Shown here in pieces: positions 12,059 to 22,587 of a stretch of 45,942 nucleotides of DNA (position 1 is its first letter; each line of letters starts with the position of its first letter). The DNA lies in contig JALAGF010003398.1 of the NCBI GenBank assembly GCA_030167865.1, positions 1 through 45,942 on the forward strand, written 5' to 3'. The DNA is from Craspedostauros australis (Eukaryota). The notes under the pieces are model-generated. The model saw nothing but the letters and a program-made list of their open reading frames with translations, did no database searches and was not told where the DNA came from. Made by a program: the position numbers and the translations under genes.

Positions 12059-12441
12059 GCCAATAGAGAGTAGAGTAGAGCACGGTACATACGAGTAGCT
12101 ATTGCATTACCGTCCACACCTATTTACGCGTTGGGCAAGATACCATACATACCATACACGGTGTAGCAAACTCACATAACGACAGAGACTACGGATGATC
12201 AGGAACAACAAACATATGTGTACTCCATGAATCATTGAATGGTGCGTTTCATCACCTTCTGTTATCATTCTTTTAGTTCAAGGAGTGATTGGTGGAGTAT
12301 TTGAGGCAGAGTAGGCATTCATTCATGTGCCCAAGTCTTGACAATGTTGTGGGAATGCAAGATCAATTCGCTAGCTGTAGAATTAGAATAGAGTAGGTAG
12401 TATCATGTGATGAGAGCGCTCTGCGAGTGTAGATGCCATAC

Positions 12442-13050
12442 TTAAGGTGGCGGAATGGAGCTCTTCTTGAGCAGGATGTCGTAGACCAGAGTACTGCCAG
12501 GCTTGACGAGGCATTCCCCGTCCTCCAAACAAATGCCCTTGTCGCCAAAAGCGAGCTCCGGTGGAATGATGGCCTGCACCTTCTGGCCGACCTTCATCTC
12601 GGCGACCATATCGTTGATGCCCGGAATGACGGCCGTCGATCCGAGCTGGAACAGCAGAACATTCTGCTTGCCCTCGCTGTGTGTGCCGTCGAAGATCTTG
12701 CCGTTGATGAGGTATCCGGTGTACTCGATGGCGACGATGTCTCCCTTCTGCGGGTAATTGCCACTGGATTTGTCCTTCAGCACGGCGTACTTGGTGCCTC
12801 CGGCCGTCTTGAAGATCTGCGGCGCAGTGTCAGCGGCGAATGCGGGTTGGCTGCTGGCGAGGGATAGGCCCGTTGCCAGTCCTGCTGCCGTTCCGACGGA
12901 GGTGGTCAGGAAGCCTCGTCGCGAGGATTGCAGGGCGCCATTGATGTCGCCGTTGCTTGTTTCCATGGAAAGCGAGAAAGCAGCCGTGTTGCCGATTCCA
13001 ACGCACGCGCAGAGGGCTGCGAGCAGAACGAACGAAGTGTTGCGCATCAT
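12442..13050 (-). CDS. FKBP-type peptidyl-prolyl isomerase, thylakoid lumen, Tat-targeted (202 aa)
   Basis: Signal peptide ending NTAA|FSL, then twin-Arg SRRGFL, an h-region and an AFA|A cleavage site. FKBP core GDIVAIEYTGYLINGKIFD, FQLG...VIPG, MKVG...IIPPELAFG. Confidence 0.92.
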   Translation of the reverse strand: MMRNTSFVLLAALCACVGIGNTAAFSLSMETSNGDINGALQSSRRGFLTTSVGTAAGLATGLSLASSQPAFAADTAPQIFKTAGGTKYAVLKDKSSGNYPQKGDIVAIEYTGYLINGKIFDGTHSEGKQNVLLFQLGSTAVIPGINDMVAEMKVGQKVQAIIPPELAFGDKGICLEDGECLVKPGSTLVYDILLKKSSIPPP

Positions 13051-13629
13051 GGTGATTTTGATAGTGATAGTGATTGTTGTCGTGGTTGGTGTATGGGTAT
13101 GAGTTGGTGTATGTAATCTATTGGTTTGAGTATTGGTATGGAGATTATGAGTTGCTGTGTTGCAGGTACTTGTAACTCGTAGTACTACGACAACGAATGC
13201 CCCAATTGCGAAGTTGGATTTGTTTTGGTTGTTGTGGGTGTCGACAGGATGATGTGTTGGTGCGTTCGTGTTGATTGTGACCAGGTTGTCATCGGCGTCA
13301 TCCACCTCGCTCTTTGGTGATCTTTCTTGTGTGATGTGTCAAAGATCGCAACCACAACAGCAACAGCACAACAAATCGAAACGTCAACCACAAGTCTATC
13401 AAATCTGATCTAGAGAGAGAATACACGAACGTACCTACACTTGTGGACGGCTTTCCTTGAGAGTAGTGGACTTATTGACACATCGACAATGATTAAAACT
13501 CCATCTCTCACTCCTCTGACAGAGTGAGTACACGTAGACCCGTCCAAAAATGCAGCGCTACCACTATTAGACATCGCCACCTTCCATTTTACTATCCTAA
13601 TCTGCATTCGTGTTCACGAGTACCCCACT

Positions 13630-14879
13630 CTACTTCCCAACCCGCACAATCTTGTGCGCCAACGCCGCCGCGCCAAATCCATTGTCGATGTTGACAACGC
13701 CAACGCCTGGCGCGCAGCTGTTCAACATCGTCAGCATGGCGCTGATGCCTCCCAGCGACACGCCGTATCCGATGCTCGTCGGCACGGCGATCACGGGGAC
13801 GTTGGCAAGACCGCCGACGACGCTGGGCAAGGCACCGTCCATGCCAGCACAAACAATGATGCAGCCAACCTCGGGGTCGCTCAGCTTGGGGATGTTGCAC
13901 ACGATGCGATGCAACCCTGCGACACCGACGTCCGTGATGCGCTCCACGTCGCAACCCGTCGCCTCCAATGTCACGGCGGCTTCTTCAGCGACTGGTAAAT
14001 CCGTTGTGCCGGCCGTGGCGACGATGATCCGTTTCATTGCGTTGGCCGATTTTGCTGACGATTGATCAGCCTCGTTACCATCGGACAGCGACGATGCTTG
14101 CATCGATATGATCCTCGCAGTCTCATGGTACTCTATTGAGCCATTCTCCAATGGGTATTGCTTCAATTCTTCGTACTGTTGCATTGTCACTCTGCAACGG
14201 CATTGTCGTAGAGTAGAATAGAGTCGAGTACATTAGAGTAGAGTATTTGATGTTGTTTGTCAGTGTGGTATCCGTCGGGACAGATGCCATTGACATAGAA
14301 GCAGACAGAGCAACGTCCAGTGAGCAGAGCAGAGCAGGCAGAGCACCAGCGGCGGCGGCAGGAGAAGGTGAAACACCAATGCCATCAGCTCCACCTGTAG
14401 ATTCAAGAACGAATCTGCGGATGCCCAATCAATACAGCTCAGAGTGCAACAGAACACGCACTGCTCTCCACCCACCTGGTTGCCAGTATGGCCTTTTGGG
14501 AATCCATCAAGTCCCCCGCATCCACATGCTCGTTCACGTTCTTGGCCATGTCATCGAGGATCTTGGCCACCTGGAATGCCGTCTTGCCTTCCGCGAAGAC
14601 AGCCTCGGGGAATCCGGTCCGTCGTGAACGCGTGTGATCCAAGTTTGCGAACTGGGCCAGCGCATCTTCCGGCGTCGTTGTGAGGAGCGCTTCGGCGGCG
14701 CTGGGTTCCATCGTCCCATTCTTCACCTGTTCCAGGATTTCGGATACAGATACGGATGACGATGACGATGTTGCAGAACGTTGCACGACCAAGCAACGTC
14801 CTGTGGCTGGGCTGTGGATTGGTCGGCCATTGCGCAGCAACCGCAGTAGGTCTCCCGTCCTCAAACTTCTTGGCATCAT
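13630..14879 (-). CDS. larB: LarB-like protein (PurE/AIR-carboxylase fold; nickel-pincer cofactor biosynthesis P2CMN synthase family) with a probable mitochondrial presequence (~321 aa, 2 exons)
   Basis: Exons 14879-14476 and 14191-13630; the phase-2 GT-AG intron restores the conserved LATR|V. LarB motifs [72 protein letters not shown] and [21 protein letters not shown]. Confidence 0.92.
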
Positions 14880-16047
14880 GGTTGGGGTGTGAGGTTGTTC
14901 AGGCGGCGACTGTATGGCACTGTGTCTGCGGCTGCGATTGCGATGCGGCTGTTTGCTTCGGTGTCTTCGTTGGTATTGTTGGTTGTGCGCCGTGCCATGT
15001 GATGTGGTCATTTTCTCCGGAGATGGAGGCCAGGCAGGATTGTTCGACACTGATCTTCGTTGTCGTGAGCACATGACGTCATTCATCGCTCCTCCAACAA
15101 AAAGGACACACACCAAACTCATATTCTACAACTCTGTGTCTTTCCACAATGTGAGAATGGTCCAGGAGAACCGGATCAGAGACGAGGACGTCTACGACCG
15201 ACTCTACTCTGAAGCACCGCATCTGTATTGATGGCAGCAGCATGTACGATGTTGAAAGTTCGCCTTCTTCAGAGTCTGCTGTCACATGCTCTTGCTCTGG
15301 AACCAAGCTTCTATGCTAATCTCTGTAGACTGAGTTGATTTGTCGAACAACAAGACTCATGACGGACAATAGCCCGATCAACCATGTCTGTTTGTGTATT
15401 GTTTCTGTCTGTTTGAAAACCACAAGACTGACAGAAACGACATTTTCATATTGTTCGTTTTCTGAGTTAGACTTGACGGACAAGTAAATACGAACACAAT
15501 TGTGTTTGATTTTTCGTCAATACCGTTTTCAATCGAACATGTATGACGGACATATTCAATCGTGCTTTCGTGTATCGAAACCGAATGAGTCATTCAAGTC
15601 GTACATGTCCAATCCGTGTTCTGTCGAGACAGAACCAGTGACACGCATCTTCCTTTCGTTTACGTGTCACAAAATGGAAGCGAAAATCGAGGAAGTTGCA
15701 AAGAACTGCGGCCAAAGAACGAACAGAGGCGAACACAAGGGAGACAAACTTCAAACTTCATCGCTCCGCATCCCAAACCATTCATTCCAGACGAGAAATC
15801 GATCGTCACCACAAAATAGAAAAGACACACACGTCGACACAACGCAACGCAATCGATTGACACGCACAACCCAAAAGAACACAACCACAAAAGTCCTTCC
15901 GCTCTACTCGCACACACACACGCAAACACACGCCCAAGAATGCATTTGAGCATGACGACGGGTGCGACCACAATCACGAGCACACCGAGTACGCACAATG
16001 ATCATCACACAACAGCGGTGAGACGAAGACAACGACGAGGCACCACC

Positions 16048-17292
16048 ATGCGCGCAAACTTCGAATTACGCACGGTGTTCATGGCTGCCACAACGTCCTT
16101 GCTAGCACTGCATGGCATGTCAACGTGCGATGCCTTCCACCAAACCAGGCTGCGCGAAGCGACTCTGGCTGGTGCGCCGGTATTGGAAGCATCATCGCAC
16201 CTGGTTCCCACCGTCGCAACTGTGAATGTGGAAGTGCTTGAGGGATTGAACCGGTTGATCAACCGCGATCCAGCACACTGGAACTCACCATTTCCCTTCA
16301 CCGCAAGAGGAGAGGGAAGGCATGAGGAGCTCATCCATCCCGTTGCATTCCTGCGACAACCCAAGCATCACACACAACAAGCACGTGCTAGTTCACGCAC
16401 ACCGACATCGCCATCGCGATTGCCATCAACATCAACACCATCCGTGGCATCACCGAAGAGCGTCGTGTTCCTTGGCGGCCCTGCCTCCGGAAAGGGAACG
16501 CAATGCAAGCTTCTGGCACAGCGTCAAGGCTTGGTGCATCTGTCGACCGGCGATATGCTTCGAGAGGCAGTGAAACAGCAATCCGAAGAAGGCATGAAGG
16601 CCAAGAGCTTCATGGGCGCCGGCGAGCTCGTCCCGGATGAGGTCGTCGCTGGCATCATCAGCGAACGCCTCCAGGATGAGGACTGCCAATCACGCGGCTA
16701 CATCCTGGATGGATTCCCGCGCACAAGACAGCAGGCGAGGTTCCTGAAGGACTCAGGCATCTCACCCGACGTGACGGTGCTGCTCGATGTCCCAGAAGAC
16801 CAGCTCATCCAGAGGGTCGTGGGACGACGCCTGGATCCTGAAACGGGAAAGATCTACCATCTCCAGTACCTACCACCGCCACAAGAAGTCAAGTCCCGAC
16901 TGCTGCACCGGGACGATGATCGCATAGAGACCGTGGCGCCACGCATCCGCCGGTACAATGAGAATTTGGAGGACATCATCGAGGAGCTTGAGAAGGATGC
17001 GCCATTCTTCCGGGTGGATGGTTGCGGCGAGGTCGACGATGTATCCTCCCGTATCCAATCGGCGCTGAAATCGGTGGAACCGTCATCGCAACGCCTTCTG
17101 ACATCCGAAGGGTGGTTGCAAAACTTTGAAGCTGCTGAACTGGAAGCCTCGTCCCCAAGTTACGCCTTGATGAGTGAAGAACAACTTTCATCGTCGCAGC
17201 ATGAGATCACAGAAGAGCACGGCAATCGTCATCGTCGCCATAGCCACAACCATCACCACCGCCATCGCCATCCCGTTCATGGTGTGGCATAA
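16048..17292 (+). CDS. adk: Adenylate kinase, probably plastid-targeted, with a His-rich C-terminal tail (~414 aa)
   Basis: P-loop GGPASGKGTQ, HLSTGDMLR, GELVPD, GYILDGFPRT, LID RRLDPETGKIYH and HRDDD. Signal peptide ending TCDA|FH. An upstream ATG at 15952 is also possible. Confidence 0.92.
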   Translation: MRANFELRTVFMAATTSLLALHGMSTCDAFHQTRLREATLAGAPVLEASSHLVPTVATVNVEVLEGLNRLINRDPAHWNSPFPFTARGEGRHEELIHPVAFLRQPKHHTQQARASSRTPTSPSRLPSTSTPSVASPKSVVFLGGPASGKGTQCKLLAQRQGLVHLSTGDMLREAVKQQSEEGMKAKSFMGAGELVPDEVVAGIISERLQDEDCQSRGYILDGFPRTRQQARFLKDSGISPDVTVLLDVPEDQLIQRVVGRRLDPETGKIYHLQYLPPPQEVKSRLLHRDDDRIETVAPRIRRYNENLEDIIEELEKDAPFFRVDGCGEVDDVSSRIQSALKSVEPSSQRLLTSEGWLQNFEAAELEASSPSYALMSEEQLSSSQHEITEEHGNRHRRHSHNHHHRHRHPVHGVA

Positions 17293-17917
17293 ATCGACAC
17301 AAAGAAGAATACTCGTATGTGGAGCAACCAAGGAGAGAACTCCCGAATACTTTGCTTTAGAGATTTAGTAGAATCAACATGGTCATAGAATGTATTATAA
17401 TAGTGTATTCTACTATTCTACTACGGATGGATGATTTATCCTGTCTATACTGGTTTGCAGGAGGGCTGTTTGCGATGAATACCTTGTGGAATGGCTCGTG
17501 CATCCGCGCGCTTGGGTGGCAACGAACGGAACAGGCAAGTGGATTCTGTGCGCGCAGAACTAACGAAGCTGAAAGATACCTTTGCTCAAGTCACCAACAG
17601 CATCGAAGATCCTGATGATGGTCTGTGGTGAGCTGGCCAGAACAGGAGGAACAAGGATGCCATTCGCAACAAGAAGATCATCTGTTCCGACGGAGCATTC
17701 CTACAAGACTTCCACATCCTCATACTCCACTCCACTGAAGACTCTCTGCGCCACTCTCTCATTTGATCAATTGCGAGACTCTGTGGCTGCAGTTGGAAGC
17801 AAAGATACAAAGCGACGCAACGAAGCGAATCCAATCCAATTCAACTCCAATCCAACACAACACAATCAGTGAACCGAAACGAGAGATCTCGCTCCGCAAC
17901 CATACTCTTATCGTACC

Positions 17918-18810
17918 ATGGCTTGTTTGATGATGAGATCGGCCGTCTCCATGACAGCTCGAAGTGGAATGATGGCAGGCAGATCAACGATGACAGCCAC
18001 AGCACCGTCTCATTCGCTGTCGGCATCGTGCTTGCGACCGCGCAGCTACACGCCGCGATGGCTCACATCTGGCACACCAAAAAAGCCAGTCAAGAAGGCA
18101 CCGGAGCAGACCGCATTCCAGAAGCAACTCAATACCTTTCTGGGCCCGAAGGTGATGCCACCGCGTTGGACCATGGCGTGGTACAGGGAAGTGACGTTGA
18201 TCTGCACGGTGTTTGCCATCACAGGGACATCCACAATGGTGTTGGTGAGTTACTGACGACGCTGCGTGGTGGATCTGATGGTGCATCTTTGGACGATACT
18301 GTGTGCTACTCCACGAGTACGACTACTGTGCTGTGCCTGTCATCCAAGCACAATGACATCATGTGATGGAACTCAACTCGAGTTGCAATGATGAAGCGAA
18401 TCAAAAGAGCTGATGAAGCATCTCCATATCACGTGTGCTTCATCCGATCTGCGATCCAACGTACTGTACTGTGTTGTGCTCTCATCCGATTCATTCCAAT
18501 TCAATCCAATTCAATTCAATTTTCATACGAATGGAACAAAATCGACGCAACTGCACAGGTCCGGCCAGCCGTATCCAAAGGCCTGGGACTGAAGGGTAGC
18601 TTCAAGGAAGGACCATGGTCCTTCCGGATCTGTTCGTTAGTGGTGATGACGCCCATCTATGCAACGCTATTGGTGTGCGTCGGGACCGTGTTTGGCCGGC
18701 ATCATTACTTCCGTCATTTCAGCGTCAAGATGTGGAGCCGATTCGGCATTCCGCCCGAGATGATCGATGCGTCGTACCATCAGACCAAGAAGACATTCCG
18801 AAAGTGGTAA
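17918..18810 (+). CDS. Small 2-TM membrane protein resembling DUF6787, with a probable mitochondrial presequence (~192 aa, 2 exons)
   Basis: Exons 17918-18244 and 18559-18810 (GTGAGT...CAG, phase 0). Motifs VFAITGTSTMVL|VRP and PIYATLLVCVGTVFGRHHYF...KMWSRF. The N-terminus is Arg/Ser/Met-rich with no acidic residues. Confidence 0.72.
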
Positions 18811-19497
18811 GTGATATGGTGCTTCCTCGCTGACAACATGCAAGTATTTTTGGAAGTTTCTCGATTGTGGAAGGAGCTGTGTTGGGTTGGGTTGGGCTGG
18901 GCTCGTAAATATGACAACTTGGAATGAGCAATCGTGCTTCGATTCAGATGAACAGCTTTCCATGTGAACTTGGACGACAATCGGCATAGTAGTACCACTG
19001 CAAATGGCGCAGCATGTTCCGTCAGTCTCAAATGACACAATGTGCCGAGCAGAAGTCTTCTTTTGCGAGGAGCGAGGAGCGAACGATACAAGGACGGCGC
19101 CCACTTACCCGTCCATCCCTAACTATAATATGATGGCTCTGCCAGGTTACCAATGTACAACATAATAGAGGCACTCGCATGTACTCGTACTCAATGTGCT
19201 GCTTTGTTGCCGATGTTGCGGAAGCGAGAGGGCGAAACGAATGCAATCCATCCACGCAATTTGCAGCGAGATGACGTCATGTGTACCTCGGCGAATCCAG
19301 AGAAGCGAAAGAGAAAGCTCCCAAACTCGTGCTAATCCTGACACAGCAACATCTCCGCCAACATGTTCATCACAATGATCACTCATTCATTCACTCGTTC
19401 ACTCTGAATGTATCGACGCATTCACATTTCACAACCACACCATCTACGCCTGACGGCAATTGCATCATTCACTCACACACATGGTAGACAAGCCCAC

Positions 19498-20727
19498 ATG
19501 ATGACCAAACTGCGATCGTTTCTGAGATCGTCCACCACCAGTGCGCTGACCCTCTCATCATTGTCGCTGTCAGTCGGCTTTACCAGCTCCTTCGTCACAA
19601 GCGCCATCACGCATCCGGCCCATCACCATTGCTCACATCACGCCTTCCAGCCGTCATCGATTGTGTCATCGACACCCGCAATCTTTCGTTTCGCGTCGTC
19701 CGAGAGCAACAACGGCAACGGCAACAGCAACAGCAAGATCAGCCTCAACATGGCGCAGGCCGAATCGGCAACAGCCGATGCCAAGGTCCAAACAGCAACG
19801 TCGGATGAGATGGGTGCTGCATTGGACGAGAGCAATACCATATGGAACGATCTGCTGCCATACGAGAAAGGGTCACACAATTCAGCACGGATCGTTGTAC
19901 CAGATCATCATCAGCAACAGCAGCAGCAGTGTGACCAACAGGAGGATCCAACAGACGGCGACACTGCATGCATTGACGCATTCGATAAGTCGCAGTTCCA
20001 ACAACGCCTGGCGAACACCATCGCAGCAATGAAGGAGATTGGCAAATCCAGCCTTTGGGTCGAGATCCCGATGACCCGCGCCAGCCTCATCGAGGACATG
20101 AACGCGCTGGGCTTCGAGTTCCACCACGCCCAAGGCAAGACGGCCAAGCTCAATCTCTGGCTCAAGGATGCCACCGAATCCAAGGTCCCCGAATACGCCA
20201 CGCACCACGTGGGCGTCGGCGCCGTCGTCATCAACAGCCGCGACGAGATCCTGTGCGTGCGCGAGTTGCGTCGCAACTTCATGCCGTGGAAGATCCCCGG
20301 CGGTCTGGCCGATCTGGGCGAGCACATTGCGGAGGCGGCGCAGCGCGAAGTGCTCGAGGAGACCGGTATCGACGCAACCTTCCACAGCATCCTCAGCTTT
20401 CGGCACACGCATGGTCTGGGCAACGGTCGATCGGATCTGTATTTCGTGTGTCGTTTGGATCCCGTCGAGGTTGTGGATGAGGCGGGCGTTGCGATGATAC
20501 CAGCTCCCGTGCCGCAGGAATGCGAGATCGAGTCGGCGGCGTGGATACCGATGCAGCAGTACAAGGACATGGTGCGGGGCAACGATGGTGGCAGCGGCCA
20601 TCCGATGATGAGCCATGTCATGGATGTGCTGGAGACGGGCATGCAGATTCGGAAACGGACAGTTCACAGCGTTGTACCGGGACGCAAGCCCAATCCAATG
20701 TACCATCCGTGCGTCACGGAGGAGTGA
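19498..20727 (+). CDS. Nudix hydrolase of the NUDT6/AtNUDX2-8 type, with a pre-Nudix domain and an organellar presequence (~409 aa)
   Basis: Nudix box GGLADLGEHIAEAAQREVLEETG. Family motifs GFEFHHA, PEYATHHVGVGAVVIN, SFRHTH and SDLYFVCRL. Hydrophobic, Ser-rich N-terminal extension. Confidence 0.9.
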   Translation: MMTKLRSFLRSSTTSALTLSSLSLSVGFTSSFVTSAITHPAHHHCSHHAFQPSSIVSSTPAIFRFASSESNNGNGNSNSKISLNMAQAESATADAKVQTATSDEMGAALDESNTIWNDLLPYEKGSHNSARIVVPDHHQQQQQQCDQQEDPTDGDTACIDAFDKSQFQQRLANTIAAMKEIGKSSLWVEIPMTRASLIEDMNALGFEFHHAQGKTAKLNLWLKDATESKVPEYATHHVGVGAVVINSRDEILCVRELRRNFMPWKIPGGLADLGEHIAEAAQREVLEETGIDATFHSILSFRHTHGLGNGRSDLYFVCRLDPVEVVDEAGVAMIPAPVPQECEIESAAWIPMQQYKDMVRGNDGGSGHPMMSHVMDVLETGMQIRKRTVHSVVPGRKPNPMYHPCVTEE

Positions 20728-21344
20728 GAGTGAGTTTCTTCTCTCTTGGCTTCGGTCGGGCTGCAATGGCATACCTTGCGCGTTTGATGCTACTGGTGTT
20801 GGAGTGCCTGAGGATCCGGAACGCACCACGAGTATGCGCATGCAGTTGCCATGAGGTAGCATCCGTCTGTAAATACGAACATGCATCAAACGGAGATGTA
20901 GGTAGAGTCGTGTACTCTGGGCAGCTTGCCCCCAAGATAGCAAATGTAAATAGAAATGTTGCTTACGTAGTTCACGTGCTGGTATGTCGGTCTTCAATCA
21001 AATACTACTCATGCTACTACCCATTCTCGCTGCTTCGAGATGCCAGCAACTCCGTGTAGATACGCGTCTACGAATACGTTTTAACTGTACGGCCACGGCA
21101 ATCGCAACAGCCACAGAGAAATGTTTGTGTAAATCTACGACTCAGGTCCTTCTAAACTTATTTGACGTTGTTGTTGAGACGCGAGCATCCCGCGACGTCA
21201 AAAGGGTCCATTCATTCCGTCATCGCAAAAGAGCAGGGAGGAAAAAGTGGTTGACACTCGAACGTCTTTGATGTCGTCCACCCCGCGACCTCCCTTCCCT
21301 TCTCTGTTGTGTGGCGAAGAAGCCGGTTTCAGCGCACCTGCTGT

Positions 21345-21632
21345 TTAGCGGGCACGCTGACGCATCTTGCGGCGCTTTCTGCGAAGGCGGCGCATGCGCT
21401 TCTTCTTCCACTTCTTACGCATGCCGGCATCGACGGCAAGGCGCATCTCGAGGGCATCGTCCTCCTCGAGACCGTTACCCTCGAGCGTTCCTGCCTCGAG
21501 GGTCTTGGAGCCAACGACGAGGTTGAGCTGCTGGGCTGGGACGAACTCCTGGTTCTCGACCATGAGCTTGAGGCTCTCGACCGAGGCAGAAGGGTCCACT
21601 TCGTAGGCGACAGAGTTGACGAAGAGTTGCAT
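21345..21632 (-). CDS. RPL41: Ubiquitin-like (FUBI-like) domain fused to ribosomal protein eL41/eS32 (70 + 25 aa)
   Basis: C-terminal MRKKWKKKRMRRLRRKRRKMRQRAR (21422-21345) is the 25-aa eL41 pattern. It follows in frame a beta-grasp-like sequence, MQLFV...SVESLK..VENQEFVPAQQLNL..GSKTLE..TL...GL, ending in AVDAG. Confidence 0.9.
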   Translation of the reverse strand: MQLFVNSVAYEVDPSASVESLKLMVENQEFVPAQQLNLVVGSKTLEAGTLEGNGLEEDDALEMRLAVDAGMRKKWKKKRMRRLRRKRRKMRQRAR

Positions 21633-22587
21633 GTTTGCTTGTGTGTGTGGTTTGTATGGTAGAACTTGGTTGATCAAATCTGTTGTTGTCGTTGTTGTCA
21701 TCGCCGGGTGTTTGGAATTCGCGGGTGAGAAGAAAGACGGCAGAGCGGTGGGAGGCAAGATGGTGAGTTGGAGTGTCACGCGCACGCGCATCGTTGCACC
21801 GAGACAGCGCGATCATGCAACACAGATGATCGCAGATTTGGAGCCATCATTTCCGTTGCATTCCGCCGCAGCCGTTCATCCGATCCGAAGCACCATGGTC
21901 GCCACTCAACCGACCAACGCTGTTTCGCGACTTACCGACGGTATCGAGATCATACAGCAAATTCTGAGCACATCGTCTCCGTTTGTTGCGAAACACCCTC
22001 ACCTCCTCCACCGCGCTGTGTTGCTCCAAGCAAACGCTCCTTCGTGTTAGTTCGTGGCCAAGCACGGTTGGAGGACCACGCGAGTACGACTCGACGCAGA
22101 AACTCAACGAGTCTCTATGAAGTTGGTCTTCTTGATTGGTCGTGCAAGTGTTTCTGCGTTTCCGCTCTCGCGTAGAAGCCAGTACATGTTCTACTCACAG
22201 CGACACTGACGAAGAATGGGCAGTAAAGCGGGAACGGATGGTCCAATGAGTCAGTTGTATCGCATGCAAGAGCTCCTTTCAGACCTCGCCATGAATCGAC
22301 CCGTGTGACTACATCTGCCTCACCTTTCTTGTCCACCATTCGAGATTGCGGAAATTTGCGGAATGGTGAACTTGTGGCCCCTCTCTTGTTGCCGATTTCC
22401 GTCCTCGCCCACGTCGATACGGTCAGTGCCTGTGTGATCACAACACCCTCTTCGGTTTGCACCCATCATCAATCGACGCTGCCTCTCTACGATTGAAAGC
22501 AGGATCGATCGATTGATCACCCACATCAAACCAAACGCAATTCAAGAAGCGCATCAGGAATCAGGGGCAAAAGGCAAAGAAGGCAAG

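Noticed and set aside
13630-14879. Alternative call as PurE (purine biosynthesis) or as bacterial contamination
   Set aside because: It has the LarB-specific N-terminal domain (D..R..R.GFPE...EGKT) and the PTS.GYG/NSC motifs, and lacks the PurE SAHR motif. The spliceosomal intron and eukaryotic neighbours argue against contamination.
18388-18455. Box C-like ATGATGA, a CTGA and a 9-bp stem (GATGAAGCA/TGCTTCATC) inside the DUF6787-like gene intron, suggesting an intronic C/D snoRNA
   Set aside because: No properly placed terminal box D or terminal stem, no rRNA guide recognised, and TGATGA is very frequent in this sequence. A snoscan/Infernal search would settle it.
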